This document shows, piece by piece, positions 62,847-64,000 of a DNA stretch of 64,000 bases (the first letter of the stretch is position 1; each line of letters opens with the position of its first letter). The translations under genes and the position numbers were made by a program. A model generated the notes under the pieces. That model had not been told where the DNA came from. It saw nothing but the letters and a program-made list of their open reading frames with translations, and searched no databases. The DNA lies in the NCBI GenBank assembly GCA_030704615.1, contig CM060731.1, positions 806,001 through 870,000 on the forward strand, read 5' to 3'. The DNA comes from Takakia lepidozioides. Its lineage: Eukaryota; Plantae; Bryophyta.

Positions 62847-63652
62847 ACGAAAATTCAGCAGGATTTGGCACATGCGCGGAGGTTCTACATGGAGTCAGAG
62901 GAGAAGAATCTAACCCTCTCGGCACTCGAATCGTATCTCAAAGCTGCGGAGGCCAGGGCCCGCATAAAGTACAAGTCGCAGATGGTAAAGTACGTGGCCA
63001 TAGCTGATCCCGCCCTTGGTGCCGACTTTCTGGTGGAGGTGGGGAAGCACTACTCCCGCGCTCTGAAGCCCACGATGACATTGGAGAAGCTCCATCATCT
63101 AGCCACATCTTGTGTGGATGCAACAGAAAAGGTGATACATTCTTAACCAAATTGTGGTGGCAACAACTCGTTTTTGTGGTGTTTGGCGCTTACGAATATG
63201 TTGGGTGGTTGGACAGACCCGGTTGGCTCCAAATCTGGAATGGTTCCCAAGTACAAGGGACATGTGGAGCTTCCCCAAACCGGACAAACTGTCTGACCCG
63301 ACATTCGACATGTGGATGAACCGCATGACATGGTGGTTTCAGGTACTTCCCCACGCTTCGTTTGGCGCTTCTACTCTTGTAGGGGGTGGATTCATTGTAT
63401 TTTTTCAGGAAAGCGATCTGATGGAGAATCTCCACAGGTGACGACAAATGCGCAAGAGCAGCTGGACACACAAGCACTTCAGTTCAAGATGGAGATTTCT
63501 CCTGCAGCAGAGAGCCTACACGACTATGTGACGAGGTACTTTCTGCTGTACAAAACCGACCTATTCTTTCGGGAGATACCCCATGCCCGCCGGAGCCACG
63601 AGTTCACCAACCAGCCGAAGGCGGACAAAGCAGCAATGCGCCTTCTGTACAG
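62847..63652 (+). CDS. Three open, phase-consistent exons of an unknown (TE-associated) protein with no start or end
   Basis: Exons 62847-63131, 63217-63342 and 63438-63652 with AG/GT boundaries and no stops after splicing. Confidence 0.6.
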
Positions 63653-63699
63653 GTACATACGCGATGCCTTCCTTTCAAGTCCTTGCATTTCAGGATGTT

Positions 63700-63912
63700 A
63701 GAGGCCTCATGTGGCGCATAAAAATTGATCCTTGGAAAAATGGCGCGGAATTTCCAGTCCAGGGCACCCAAAATGGCTAAGTCCCTAGAGTGGCATGCAC
63801 CGAAAACCGAAATTCGGCGCCATTTTTCCATTTCAAGGCCCAGTCAGTTCTGGGACTTAGCCATTTTCGGGCCGGACCTGGGAAAATGGCGCCGAATTTC
63901 CAGTTTAGGGCT
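63700..63912. repeat. Direct and inverted subterminal-type repeats of an unidentified DNA transposon
   Basis: aaaatggcgc(c/g)gaattt occurs three times (both strands); aaaatggctaagtccc occurs with its reverse complement gggacttagccatttt. Confidence 0.6.
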
Positions 63913-64000
63913 CTTATTTTCCTCCCCTGCACGTCCCACAATTACAGCCTTTTCGTCATTCCATAGCTACATTTTCCTGATCTGGCACCTACAAGAATTG

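Overview
Eukaryotic, intron-rich, transposon-dense plant-like DNA. The organism is probably a non-seed land plant, inferred from a BK-type K+ channel, a piggyBac relic and a chromovirus; it cannot be identified from sequence alone. The core is a head-to-head pair of host genes. One is a 17-exon Slo/BK-family potassium channel (minus strand, 19904-33497) with a decayed 369-codon upstream extension. The other is a 13-exon condensin I kleisin CAP-H (plus strand, 36020-49639) whose fourth intron holds a 6.5-kb stack of antisense LINEs. The left flank has an LTR cut by a CACTA end, then a 10.1-kb MuDR-like element with convergent genes (SWIM transposase + Ulp1 protease versus an accessory gene carrying an OSB-type PDF ssDNA-binding motif). 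After that come a tRNA-SINE, a Tourist MITE, a piggyBac pseudogene and an REL-type non-LTR element with a conserved structured 3' RNA. The right flank has a second SWIM-MULE split by a near-complete Ty3/gypsy chromovirus. It is followed by the most notable item: a spliced, TE-associated pseudogene for a bacterial-type beta-class amino (N4C/N6A) DNA methyltransferase, whose upstream exons may be inverted. All exon boundaries were read by eye; a tilde marks approximate ones.
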